In this document: piece by piece, positions 12,176 to 23,481 of the stretch
Layout: each line of letters begins with the position of its first letter
Position numbering within the stretch: position 1 is the first letter of the stretch
Source of the DNA: Eledone cirrhosa
Lineage: Eukaryota
Direction of reading: 5' to 3'
DNA length: 64,000 nt
Assembly: GCA_964016885.1 (NCBI GenBank)
Contig: OZ024754.1
Span: forward strand, 13,888,001 to 13,952,000
The notes under the pieces: generated by a model
What the model was told of the DNA's origin: nothing
The model's database searches: none
Seen by the model: only the letters and a program-made list of their open reading frames with translations
Made by a program: the position numbers and the translations under genes

Positions 12176-12518
12176 AGGCACATGGCTTAGTGGTTAGAGC
12201 ATTGGCCTTGCAATCGAAAGGTTGTGAGTTCAATTCTCAGACCGGGTGATGTGTTTTTGTTTCCTTGAGCAAGACACTTTATTTCACATTGCTCCAGTTT
12301 ACTCAGCTGTAGAAATGAGATGATAGGGACTGGGATCCCTATCATTCCACTGCAAAGTGGTCGTGGAGGTGCCACGGCAAAAAAGCACCCAGCACTCACT
12401 GTAAATGAGGTTGGTGTTAGGAAGGGCATCCAGCTGTAGAAATCAAGCCAGAATCAGTTCCCATCCCACCCTTGCAAGCAGGGAAAAGCGGACATAAAAT
12501 GATGATGATGATGATGAT
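12176..12518 (+). mobile_element. SINE family B (tRNA head + central domain + RTE-derived tail)
   Basis: Box A TGGCTTAGTGG, box B GAGTTCAATTC, central ccttgagcaagacactt, tail cccacccttgcaagcagggaaaagcggacataaaa(tga)n. Near-identical copies at 36413, 44805 and 54470. Confidence 0.85.
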
Positions 12519-12559
12519 ACAGGAATCGCAAACACAAGGTTCTAAAAACCTTCGCTAAA

Positions 12560-12905
12560 TACAAATCACTACCTCCCTGCGGACAACTGACGCTGCACAC
12601 CAGGTCCGAACACGGAAGAGCCGAACTCCCAGTCATTGCCTTCATCTCTCTCGCCCTCCTCATCCCTATGTATTATGAGCAAATGGGGTCCCACGGGCTA
12701 GCCGCCCCACAGCCCCGGGGACAGAATGGAGAAGCCGTTTCCTCGGGGATGGTAAGAGAGATGCGCTGGAAGAGCCATTCCATCTCGCGAGGCTCACACC
12801 TGCGGCTATGGTGGTAAGTAGGGAGGTAGCGCTAGGGCCAAGGACACCAGAAGTCTCCACTGCTAGGGGCACGACCGCAAAACTGTCGGAGGGCGACCGA
12901 TACTT
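12560..12905 (-). mobile_element. RLE-type (CRE-like) non-LTR retrotransposon 3' fragment
   Basis: Minus-strand PLAVETSGVLGPSATSLL resembles the restriction-like endonuclease C-terminal motif. The 3' UTR is shared with 27690-27860. Confidence 0.6.
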
Positions 12906-13615
12906 GGAGAGATAAATATAAACACTTTAAAACAGCTTTGTATAGCAGAACCAACGAAGGTTTGCGGTAGTTTGTTATCAAAGGTGTACTACATAACGGA
13001 TATGAAGGTAAATTTATATTTGGAGGCTCTCGAAGTTCTTTTTTAGACAAGTCTTTGAAAAATGTTGTATATCACTGATATAAACCCAAGTACATTCCTG
13101 GTACTTATTCTAACGAACAAAATGGAGTAAATAATAATAACAATTATAGTTTATGATTTAGGTACATGGTCAACAATTTGGGGGGGGGGGGAGGGGAATC
13201 GATTAAATCGACCCGGTTGCGTAACTGGTACTTTATCTTATTGACTACCAGAAATACGAAAGACAAAATTCCTTTATTTAACCACTAACTGCAATTATGT
13301 ACATCGTTATTCATACACACAACTACATGAAACATTATAACAATAATAATAATAATAATTTCTAGTTTAGGCATAAGGCCAACAATTTCTGGGACGGGAT
13401 AGGTCGATTAGAGAGACCAAATATTTCAATGGTAACGACCCTGGAAGGATGAAAGGGAAAGTTATACCTCGGGGGGGGATTTGAACTCAAAACGTAAATA
13501 CTTGGATGATCTAACGACTCTAATGCCAATTTATTGATCAGAGGGAAAATACATAGAGGCTTGTACTTACCTAACACAGAAGAAGGTAAATCACAATCTT
13601 AGCTCAAGTTTGTCT

Positions 13616-13650
<35 letters not shown>

Positions 13651-14998
13651 TAGTATGATAGATTAATATATACAAGTATGTTTATTTACATACACTCAGA
13701 TATTTGTAAGCGTGTATAAAGGGTCCGCTCTCCCTCTCTACACACGCACATCTATACACACACATACATACATAATATATACACACGTATATATATATTT
13801 GTAAATAGTTAGTGCCCGACGGTTGGACTCATACCATTTCGACAGCGAGTGGGTCTTAGACTAAATTGGTAATTCCCAAACTCTCTCTCTCTATATATAT
13901 ATATACATCACATATGTACGCGCACGCACACACACACATAAATGTGTCTGTATATATATATATATATAATAGTCTGTATATGTATGTATATATATATATA
14001 ATATTTTTATATATGTGTGCGTTAGTATGTCTGATTTTTCTGATTCTACTATTTTTGTTTAATTTGTTTCTCACCTTTAGTATTCCGTAGTGCTTTAAAA
14101 ATAAGTTGGAGTGGTCGAGACTAGCGATGTTATAATTTGGATAATAATATACAATATAATATATATAAATATATATATATATATTAGATAGATAGGTATT
14201 TCTTCCTTTGGTATTAAGTATCCAGGCTTTTGTTGATCATGAAAGCCGTCGAAGTTAAACGGACTGAATAAAATGTTAAAAGGAAAAGAGATAGATAGAG
14301 TGGCAGAATTGGTGAGAAACGTAAAGAGGGGGAGAAAGAGATTGTTGGTTGGAGAAAGAGAAGGTTGGTTGGAGAAAGAGAAGGTTGGTTGGAGAAAGTT
14401 ATGTAGGATGAAAGAGAGGGTGAGAAAGGAAGTTAGATATACAGAGAGAAAGAGAAGGAGGCATGAATAGTTGTAGTTAAGTTTAGAAGTTTACCCACAT
14501 GCAAATGTGCTTTGTGTGTGTTAATTAGTGTATGTAAAGAGTATATAAAGGTGAGGAAGAGAGAGAGAGATTGATATTTACACACCTACAAAGTAGTAAA
14601 TCTCATATGTTACCTGAATATTAAGGTGCGTGCGTGTGTTGGTGTAGTTTGTCTACTTTTTCCTCATAACTACTACAAGAAATTTCACAACCACACCTCT
14701 TCCTTCCTACGCCAAACTGACTAAATTTCTATCTACTGTGTGAGTGTGTGTGACGGAAAAACAGATGGATGGGCGAGAATGTAAATAAGAGTGTATGTAT
14801 GTGATGCTCTGTCTGTATGTATGTGTGTGTATGAATCTTTATTAGTATTCGTGTGAGAAGAAGGGAGAGAGATGAGACAGATTCTGCATAAGTGTGTGGG
14901 TTTATATGTGAAAGACCGAAAAGAGTAAATACATCTCCCTGCTATTATTGGTGTGTGTGTTTGCGCATTAATATATATATTAGTGTGTATATATATTT

Positions 14999-15061
14999 AT
15001 TTCATTATACATATTTCAAGGACACCAAGTTAAATTATGGTGTGCTTTCATCAGATAAAAT
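14999..15061 (-). ncRNA. Minimal type-I hammerhead ribozyme motif
   Basis: Minus strand: ttttat-CTGATGA-aagcacacca(loop)tggtgtcctt-GAAA-t(atgt)a-TA-atgaaa. Stems I, II and III all pair. Confidence 0.65.
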
Positions 15062-15133
15062 ATAATATAGAGCAGTTTTATAAATAAATATTGACATACC
15101 CTTAAAGAATGCAACCATTACTGTTGGAAGCTC

Positions 15134-15135
<2 letters not shown>

Positions 15136-15199
<64 letters not shown>

Positions 15200-15281
15200 T
15201 TATATATATTTATTTATATATATTTATTTATATATATATATTTGTTATATATTTATATATATATATTTATATATATATATT

Positions 15282-15315
<34 letters not shown>

Positions 15316-15748
15316 TGTTATATATATATATATTTATATATATATATTTGTTATATATATATATATATTTGTTATATATATATATATATTGTTATATATA
15401 TATATATATTGTTATATATATATAGTTATATATTTATATATATATATATATTGTTATATATATATATATATATATATTGTTATATATATATATATATTGT
15501 TATATATATATATATATTGTTTTATATATATATATATATATTGTTATATATATATAGTTATATATTGATATATATATATATATAGTTATATATATATATA
15601 GTTATATATATATAGTTATATATATATATAGTTATATATATATAGTTATATATATATATAGTTATATATATATATAGTTATATATATATAGTTATATATA
15701 TATAGTTATATATATATATATAGTTATATATATATATAGTTATATATA
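15136..15748. repeat. (TA)n / tatatatagt microsatellite (left flank of the LINE)
   Basis: Direct inspection. Confidence 0.95.
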
Positions 15749-15749
15749 T

Positions 15750-18650
15750 GTTTCTTTTATTTACCACAAGGGCATCAAAAGTGGGACAAGTACAATGGGG
15801 GGAGTTTACAAAACAAGGCGTCCTCAATAGGGAGGAGGCAATAACAATATATAAAAATAAAATAAAATATAACAAAAAATAGAATTATAACAAAATCCTC
15901 AATAGAGGATTTTGTTATAAAATATAACAAAAAATAAAATTTATAACAAAATCCTCAATAGAGAGGAGGCGCCTTGGGGGGTTGCACACACCCCCGAAAA
16001 AAGTGTGCAACCCTTTTCCTCAGGAGCACAGAGAGGGGGTGCAACCTCGTTCCTTCCTCTTCTCCACCTACAGGCTCATGTAAAGAGAAGGCCCATTCAC
16101 ACGGGCCATTCTCGCCACTTTCACCCACCTTTCATAAAAACGACTGGGGTGCAGCACCTCTCTCTCCATCCTGATCCTTCTTCCGAAATGATATCGGAAG
16201 AAACGGACCAGTTGTTGGCCAGAGAGAAAGGTGCCTGACCTCAGTCCTTTCAGACGCGTCCACCATACAACCTCTTTCGCCATGGCTATTACGCACAGAA
16301 ACACCGCCTCTGCTTCATCTTTGAAGGGGGGAGGCGGCTTGATCATTACAATAGACTCGGTGGTCAACCGGATCGGTCCCACCCTTGACAGCAGTTGTTC
16401 GACATAGCCCCACAGATCGGCTACGCCCGAGCAGTGTACCAATGCGTGTGCAACGGTTTCCTCGTCGCACACGCATCTGGGACAGATCTTTTTGGCGGGG
16501 TCCCTACCCGGGCGCCCGTGTCTGTAGAGTCTTTCTCGAACGGGTAAAGCTCCTCAGTAGCACTGCCAGGCCAGGGACTTCTGGAAGTTGTCCATAGGTC
16601 CCGGGCTGAATGTCCTACCGAACAGGCTGGCCAGTTCGTCCTCCTCCATGTCTAGGGCTTCTCCGAGGGCGTCGTCGCACCTGCTGCGTACCAGCCCTCT
16701 ATAGAATGTTGCGGTGGAGTCTCCACTGATAACCGGATCCGCCTGCCAGAGGGCGGTGAGCGCCTGGGCACACTCAGTGTGCCAGGCGCCCAGTTTTCTC
16801 GGTCTTTGCTTGACCCAGGATTGCAGCTCGGTGAGTGAGACGAGTCTGGGAAAGGTTCGTCTCACAAACGAGGCCCACACCGGTTGTCCGGTGAGGAATA
16901 CGTAGAGGTGCCGTAGCCTTAATGCGTGTTTACGCATCATTAGCCACGGCATCCCCAGCCCTCCTTTCGAAGGGAGTTGACAGCAGATGGATCTCCTCAC
17001 CATAGGAGCCCGCCTCTTCCAAAGGAATTGGAAGAGCGCGCGCTCCATCTTGGTGAGGGTTTCCCTTGGGCAGGGCACTACGGTCAGGCGGTAGTAGATG
17101 ACGGACGCTATGTAGGTGTTCGCCACCTCCGCCCGACCTTTCAGGGATAGTTTGCAACTGGCCCACTTCTGGGTCAGTGCAAACACCCTGTTCGTAACCT
17201 CCGCCCAGTTTTTCTCCACCTGGAGGTCCGGTCCGAACCAGACCCCGAGCAACTTCACCGGGCCCTCCGTCCAGCGTCCGACGACGCCATCGGAGGGCAT
17301 CAGTCTGCCCCTCCACGTGCCGAGTTGCAAACCGATCGACTTGTCTCGGTTCAGCTTAGCCCCTGTGAACTTTTCGTACTCCTCCAGTAAGGTGCCGACC
17401 GCCTCGATTTCGGAGGCCGTCGACACCATTACTGTCACGTCATCGGCGTAGGCCGACACCGCTTTCCGCAATCCCGGTTCCAAAGGGATGCCCTGCAACA
17501 ACTCCAACTTCCGCAGTAGTGGCTCGAGAGTCAACACATACAGAAGGGAGGAGAGAGGGCACCCTTGTCGGATGGACCGCGCGATTTTGAACGGCTCCGA
17601 GAGGTAGCCGTTCACCTTGACCCTAGAGCAGATGCGGCTGCTGTGCATAGCAGTGATCCAGCCCCTGAAAACGGGTCCGAAGCCTGCCGCCGCTAGCACC
17701 GCATCCAGGTAACCATGGTCGACCCTATCGAACGCCTTAGATTGATCCAAGTTGATCAGAGCCCCACCAAAGCCGGGTTCGTTCCCAACCCTCTCTATGA
17801 TGTATCGCATGAGGTGGAGGTTGTCATGGATGGACCTGGACGGGATAGCGCATGTCTGCGCATCTCCCACCAGGTTGCCCACGACAAGCGCCAACCTCTT
17901 TGCTAGCACCTTGGCCAAAATCTGTAACTCTGTATTTAGCAGAGTTATGGGCCTGAAGTTACTTATTTCGTCCCCCTTGTTCTCGTCCTTCCTCACTAGC
18001 GTGACTACGCCCTTGGTCACAGTACAGGGAATTCTCCCGTTCTGTTGCCAGTTGCAGTAGACCGCCTCGAGGAGATCTGGGAACAAGTCCGGCATAGCTA
18101 GATATAATTCGTAAGGAAGACCATCGAGACCCGGGGGTTTGCGTTTGCCGCATTGGCTCAGCACGTCCTCTATCTCAGCGGCCGAAATCGGCTCCTCGCA
18201 GGACTTCGCCTCCCTGTCCGAGAGGCGCGGCAGGCCGTCGAGGTATGGACCGAAGTCCACGTTCCCAACCGGCTCCCCGCCCCTCCCGAACAGTCGGGCA
18301 AAGTGCCTTTGAAAGGCCTCACACATCTGCTTAGGCTCAAGAATCGCCCGTCCATCCAGGTCTCGCAAAGACCGGATGGTGGATTTAGTTCCACTGTTGG
18401 CCTCTGTCACGCGGGCCCAGCTAACAGCTTTGGTCCCCTCGTTCCCTAGAGCACGTATTTTACTTCGAACAACGCAGCCTTCGTGCTTCGCGTCGAAAAA
18501 CTGGCTCAAAGCCGTTCACGACGCTAGCACTCTGGCCACGTCGCCGCTTCTAATTGCCTCTTCTACTCTATCTATTAGCTCCCTTTCCTTCCTATTCCTA
18601 TCCGCAGCTAGAACCTTACTAAATTCTATCGAGACTACTCTAATCTCTCT
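15750..18650 (-). mobile_element. 5'-truncated L1/Tx1-type LINE
   Basis: GC-rich island with an RT ORF and a 3' UTR ending in aataaaagaaac; TA-rich microsatellite on both flanks; no endonuclease domain retained. Confidence 0.9.
16068..18650 (-). pseudogene. LINE ORF2 remnant: reverse transcriptase + C-terminal zinc-binding motif, with two in-frame TGA stops
   Basis: Motifs PGLDG, FRPITLLN, DQSKAFDRVDH, RQGCPLS, YADD. The frame continues past the TGA at 16554 into ...CPRC..EETVAHALVHC (same frame as ORF 16068-16472). A second TGA lies near 18517. Confidence 0.9.
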
Positions 18651-18696
18651 AGTTATATATATATAGTTATATATTTATATATATATATATATATTG

Positions 18697-18736
<40 letters not shown>

Positions 18737-19023
18737 ATATATATATATATATATTGTTATATATATATAGTTATATATATATATATAGTTATATATATAT
18801 ATATTGTTTTATATATATATAGTTATATATATATTGCTTTATATATATAGTTATATATATATAGTTATATATATATATATAGTTATATATATATATATAT
18901 ATATATATAGTTATATAAATATGTATATAGTTATATATATATATATATTGTTATATATATATATATATAGTTATATATATATTGTTATATATATATAGTT
19001 ATATATATAGTTATATATATATA
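18651..19023. repeat. (TA)n / tatatatagt microsatellite (right flank of the LINE)
   Basis: Direct inspection. Confidence 0.95.
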
Positions 19024-19132
19024 AGAATTAAAATACTATAGAAATGACAGTATAAGATATAGCTCAATGTAATTAAACAGAGCCGAAGAATTATAAAAAA
19101 TAAGCCAAAGAAGCCTTCAATAGTCTTTATTA

Positions 19133-19170
19133 GCCAACAATGTTTCGTCCTATTAAGGACTCATCAGGGC
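19133..19170 (-). ncRNA. Minimal type-I hammerhead ribozyme motif
   Basis: Minus strand: gcc-CTGATGA-gtcct(taat)aggac-GAAA-c(att)g-TT-ggc, followed by taataaa. Confidence 0.7.
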
Positions 19171-19279
19171 AAGTAAAGCTACAAGAAGCACTATCGGCCA
19201 ATACAAGCCAAAAACTCAGAAGAATATGGAGTATACATCTATTAAAGCTTAGGAAAGATATCAATATATATATATATAT

Positions 19280-19492
19280 GCTCACCAACATCCAGAGTTG
19301 ACATTGCACTCAGTGCTCCTTTGGGAGCCCCTACATGGACACACTAGAAGAGGAAGACCAAGGTTAACATATGTTGATGCCCTAAGGACAGACACTGGTC
19401 TGTTGGAGATGCAGGATATGGCAGTGATAATGAGGGACAGAGACCGCTGGAGAGAACTCGTCCATGGATCTCGGGAATTTTACCCGCCTTAG
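19280..19492 (+). mobile_element. RTE-X-like LINE 3' fragment
   Basis: VLLWEPLHGHTRRGRPRLTYVDALRTDTG...MRDRDRWR. Confidence 0.7.
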
Positions 19493-19557
19493 ATAGATAT
19501 ATATATAGATATATATATATATAGATATATATATATATAGTTATATATATATATATA

Positions 19558-19782
19558 CAGTGAGTGCTGGGTGCTTTTTTGCCGTGGCGCCTACACGACC
19601 ACTTTGCAGTGGAATGATAGGGACCTCAGTCCCTACCATCTTATTTCTACAGCTGAGTAAACTGGAACAATGTGAAATAAAGTCTCTTGCTCAAGGAAAC
19701 AGCACATCACCTGGTCCGAGAATTAAACTCACAACCTTTCGATTGCAAGGCCGATGCTCTAACCACTAAGCCATATGCCTCC
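19558..19782 (-). mobile_element. SINE family B (partial)
   Basis: Reverse-complement match to 12176-12405. Confidence 0.8.
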
Positions 19783-19919
19783 ATATATATATATATTATA
19801 TATATATATTATATATATATATTATATAGATATATTATATATATATATTATATATATATTATATATATATATTATATATATATTATATATATATTATATA
19901 TATATATATATATTATATA

Positions 19920-19982
<63 letters not shown>

Positions 19983-20004
19983 ATATATTATATATATATA
20001 TATA

Positions 20005-20180
20005 TTGTTATGCTTTGGGAGAGTCATGTTGCCAATAAGAAATTTATAAATTTAATTTATAATAAATTGGAGTGAAAGCAACTGGTGCGTGTGTTTCTAT
20101 TGCAACATGACCCTCCCAAAGCACAACAATATCGGTTTCAACACACGTTTTCAGATAAAGAATCTTGCTAAACAAATTCA
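20005..20180. mobile_element. Short inverted-end element, family of 53556-54150
   Basis: tgctttgggagagtcatgttgc...gcaacatgaccctcccaaagca inverted pair; tail matches the reverse complement of 53560-53680; (TA)n on both sides. Confidence 0.55.
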
Positions 20181-20186
20181 GAAACG

Positions 20187-20234
<48 letters not shown>

Positions 20235-20928
20235 GGAAAAATGAAACGAAATTTCATTTCCCACTCTTAGTACGGCTGTTACTTAAATATAAGTATGTAC
20301 ACGTACATACATATGTGTATACAGACGTACAGTCGTATGTATATATATACATACATGCACACATATATATACATGTACGTATGGATTCACCGAACATTTA
20401 TTATAATGCTCGGTGTGTTTGTAAACAAACATCCCGTATTAAGCCGTAGTGTCTAGCAACCACCGTTGCTCGTTTGTTCAACACTGATAAAGGAATAGTC
20501 AAACGTATCAGAGTTGTAACTGTTTTTTTTTATTAACTTCTCAAATAAAGAAAAGAAGAGATTTTTTGAAATTGACATACAAAGCTGTATAAGTGTGTAA
20601 TGGAGTTCTGGTATGGAGGTACCACACGAAACCAGTAATTTACAACAGTTTATTCGTACTAAATACACCAAAAAGCATAGGAAAAACAAATTTCCCCTTC
20701 AAAATTCTAACCAAACCTATTAACTAACTATCCTTGAAATTATTACACCAGTCCGAAACAAAACTTATGACAACGGCATTTTTTTTTCTTTTTTAATTTG
20801 GCCTTCACAGGCTCCCCGAAATAGGAGGCGAGGTTGAAGACTTTGATGTTCAGTTTAAGCTGTTGCGTGTTTCCATTTGGAAAGACATGCATCAGTGGAA
20901 CCGGCAGTGTAATTTTATAACTGTGTGT

Positions 20929-20999
<71 letters not shown>

Positions 21000-21120
21000 G
21001 GAAAATTTGAACAGGAACAAAACAGAGAGGCAGTACAACGAATGTTTATTAATTTCATGGCCTTGTGCCTAAAGTAGAAACAATTAATTTCACGCTCTGG
21101 AGAGTGGGGTGGTGGTGGTG

Positions 21121-21160
21121 GGGAACGACGTTTCGGGCATAAGCCCTTCCTCAGGTGAGA
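21121..21160 (-). ncRNA. Hammerhead-like core (CTGAGGA-agggc/gccc-GAAACGTC)
   Basis: Minus strand cctgaggaagggcttatgcccgaaacgtcg; palindromic ACGT in stem III; stem I weak. Confidence 0.5.
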
Positions 21161-21322
21161 AGTGTGTGGGAAGAGAGTTCAAAGGGTGTGTAGGGGAGTG
21201 GTGGAGAGACATACAGCGAAAAGGGGGTGGGAGGAAACGGTGCGAATGAAATAAAAAATAAAAATAACAAAGCATTATCAAAATAAAATGAAATGAAATA
21301 AAAATAAATATAAAAGCATGAT

Positions 21323-21411
<89 letters not shown>

Positions 21412-21429
21412 AACAACTCAATATAATTA

Positions 21430-21500
21430 TTCCATTACTCAAGGTTTCACGAAGTCAGACGATTGAAGCAGAGGCGTCTGAAACCGTTCATCAGATAGAA
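21430..21500 (-). ncRNA. Type-I hammerhead ribozyme motif with extended stem II
   Basis: Minus strand: ttctat-CTGATGA-acgg..tcagacg(loop)cgtctga..tcgt-GAAA-c(cttga)g-TA-atggaa; GUA triplet, 6-bp stem I. Confidence 0.7.
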
Positions 21501-21637
21501 ATCTTTAATTTGGATATAAGATATGAAATTATAGTGTGTTGTATATTACATAATTAAATAGTTCTGTACTATACATAGAACACTCTTTTTTCCTTTACCT
21601 TTTCCACGGAAATACTTAATATATATAGATAAATATA

Positions 21638-21792
21638 ACTGTTTCTACTTTTGGCACAAGGCCAGCAATTATCCCAGTGTCATTACTGGTACTTTATTTT
21701 ATCAACCCCGTAAGGGTGAAAGGCAAAGTTAACCTCGGCGGGATTTGAACTCAGTCCGTAAAGGGACGTAACTGTGCTGCAAAGCATGGCGT
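21638..21792 (-). mobile_element. SINE family A (5'-truncated)
   Basis: Reverse-complement match to 8846-9033. Confidence 0.8.
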
Positions 21793-21968
21793 TGACCATA
21801 AATATAATGGCAGTGAAACCGTCCGGTATACGGCAGGTGCGTGTTCGAATCCTACAGACGATGCTGACCACTTTTTTCCATCACTAGGAGCTTATATACC
21901 TAACTAGAACTAATGTTTATAGTAAAAAAAACATGCGCAGTAGCAGCTTACTTTAAGTTAATATACAT

Positions 21969-22027
<59 letters not shown>

Positions 22028-22179
22028 GAATAAAGATTCAGCGAGAATCGCATTTTCGGCGAGCAGGAAAGGCGAAGCGAAACGCAAAAATCAGAAATGA
22101 TACTGGCAAAGTGCTCCATAGTTAAAAACCAGAGCTAAACAATGTGTTAAAAAGCCATACAATATATATATATATATAA

Positions 22180-22410
22180 TATATAAGATCAAAAGATGGT
22201 TAAATGAGTTCCATGTATTTTATTATGCGCATTTCAAAAACAAATATCATCATGCAATAACATTTGTGTTTTCATCAGATAAAATAGGAGGACATGATAT
22301 GAAGGTTAAAAACACTTGTGGATAGTGCAGTTTTAAATCAACATATCATATTGAAATGCGCATAATAAAATACATGGAACTCATTTAACCATCTTTTGAT
22401 CTTATATATT
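22180..22410 (-). mobile_element. Hammerhead-bearing short element with an inverted duplicate of its 3' end
   Basis: 22180-22237 is the reverse complement of 22351-22408. Same family as 36885-37005. Confidence 0.6.
22216..22286 (-). ncRNA. Minimal type-I hammerhead ribozyme motif with palindromic GCGC loop III
   Basis: Minus strand: tattttat-CTGATGA-16-bp stem II-GAAA-t(gcgc)a-TA-ataaaata. The 8-bp stem I overlaps AATAAA. Confidence 0.75.
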
Positions 22411-22499
22411 ATGTATACTCCAGTCCTACAAACCGTAGAGTGCTTCTTATCCGATATCAGCATTGCTTTATTGTACTACAATAAAACTCACCTCCTACA

Positions 22500-22534
<35 letters not shown>

Positions 22535-22721
22535 GTGTGTGTGTGTGTGATACTATGGCTATAAACACCTCCTCTATATATTATTCATTGCTTCCCTCAT
22601 ATAACTTAATGTGTTCACTCTGGTGGAGAAATGAAATTCATTTCCCGCATCATCGAGTGCTTAGGAACTGCTTCAAATAACTCGATGGATGTCTGCCCTG
22701 TGATACTTTATATATATATAG

Positions 22722-22940
22722 GAACGATCAACTTTCGTCAAATCGGACCGAGGGAACAATGTTTCCGTTGGTCTTTCCAATTGCTAATACTATCTATCGG
22801 TCGCAACTCCAGGTAGAAGGAGCAACGTGAAATAAAGTGTCTTGCTCAAGGACATAACGCATCGCCTGGTCCAGGAATCGAACTCACAACCTTACGATTG
22901 CGAATCCAATTCTCTAACCACTCAGCCACACGCCTTCACA
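22722..22940 (-). mobile_element. SINE, family B-related subfamily
   Basis: tRNA-like head (ggctgagtggttagag...gagttcgattcc) and ccttgagcaagacactt on the minus strand; near-identical to 30535-30730. Confidence 0.75.
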
Positions 22941-23110
22941 ATATTAAAATAACAGATTAAAGTTTAAGCAAAGAATCGCTGCTTTCACCTGTTATTTTAA
23001 TAACTATTTGCTCTACGGTTCTTATATATTTGATATATATTTATCCTTATCGAGCCCTCTTTGGATTTTAGTCTTCAAATTTATTATTATTACTATATAT
23101 ATATATATAT

Positions 23111-23275
23111 ATGAAAATGTTCAAGATCCCGACGGCAGAGCTCAGTCCAGAAATAGCCGTCGAAACGGCTTGAGCTCTGCCGTCGGGGTCTAGAACATTT
23201 TCCTACTACCCAAATTATCGATTACTCTGGTGCGTTACGGTCCACCTGGTTCCTTACCACACTTCCTTCGTTATA

Positions 23276-23276
<1 letters not shown>
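23111..23276 (+). mobile_element. Foldback-ended short element in (TA)n
   Basis: gaaaatgttcaagatcccgacggcagagctca...tgagctctgccgtcggggtctagaacattttc, inner agccgt/acggct hairpin, tail shared with 60940-61030. Confidence 0.6.
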
Positions 23277-23324
<48 letters not shown>

Positions 23325-23326
<2 letters not shown>

Positions 23327-23481
23327 CAGGGTGGCCTTCCCACAAAAATGTTCTATAATTTTGACTCCCCCTAACTTCATTAGTCTTGTTTCTAAATCAA
23401 TTACAAATGCATTTATTGTCAAAGAGAGTATATTTTTTCTTGTGGGTGGGATGAGGGGTATATTTTTGAGGACACCCTGTA
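23325..23481. mobile_element. Tc1/mariner-like MITE
   Basis: TA-CAGGGTG...CACCCTG-TA termini. Confidence 0.6.

Noticed and set aside
12176-12250. tRNA genes
   Set aside because: A/B boxes are present, but these are SINE heads continuing into repeat bodies and no complete cloverleaf forms.
16554-16556. Selenocysteine or readthrough TGA in the LINE ORF
   Set aside because: More simply a CGA>TGA mutation in a 5'-truncated dead copy; no SECIS was seen.
20811-20915. Plus-strand orphan exon after a strong acceptor (LPEIGGEVEDFDVQFKLL...)
   Set aside because: No recognisable homology, no clear donor and no partner exons.
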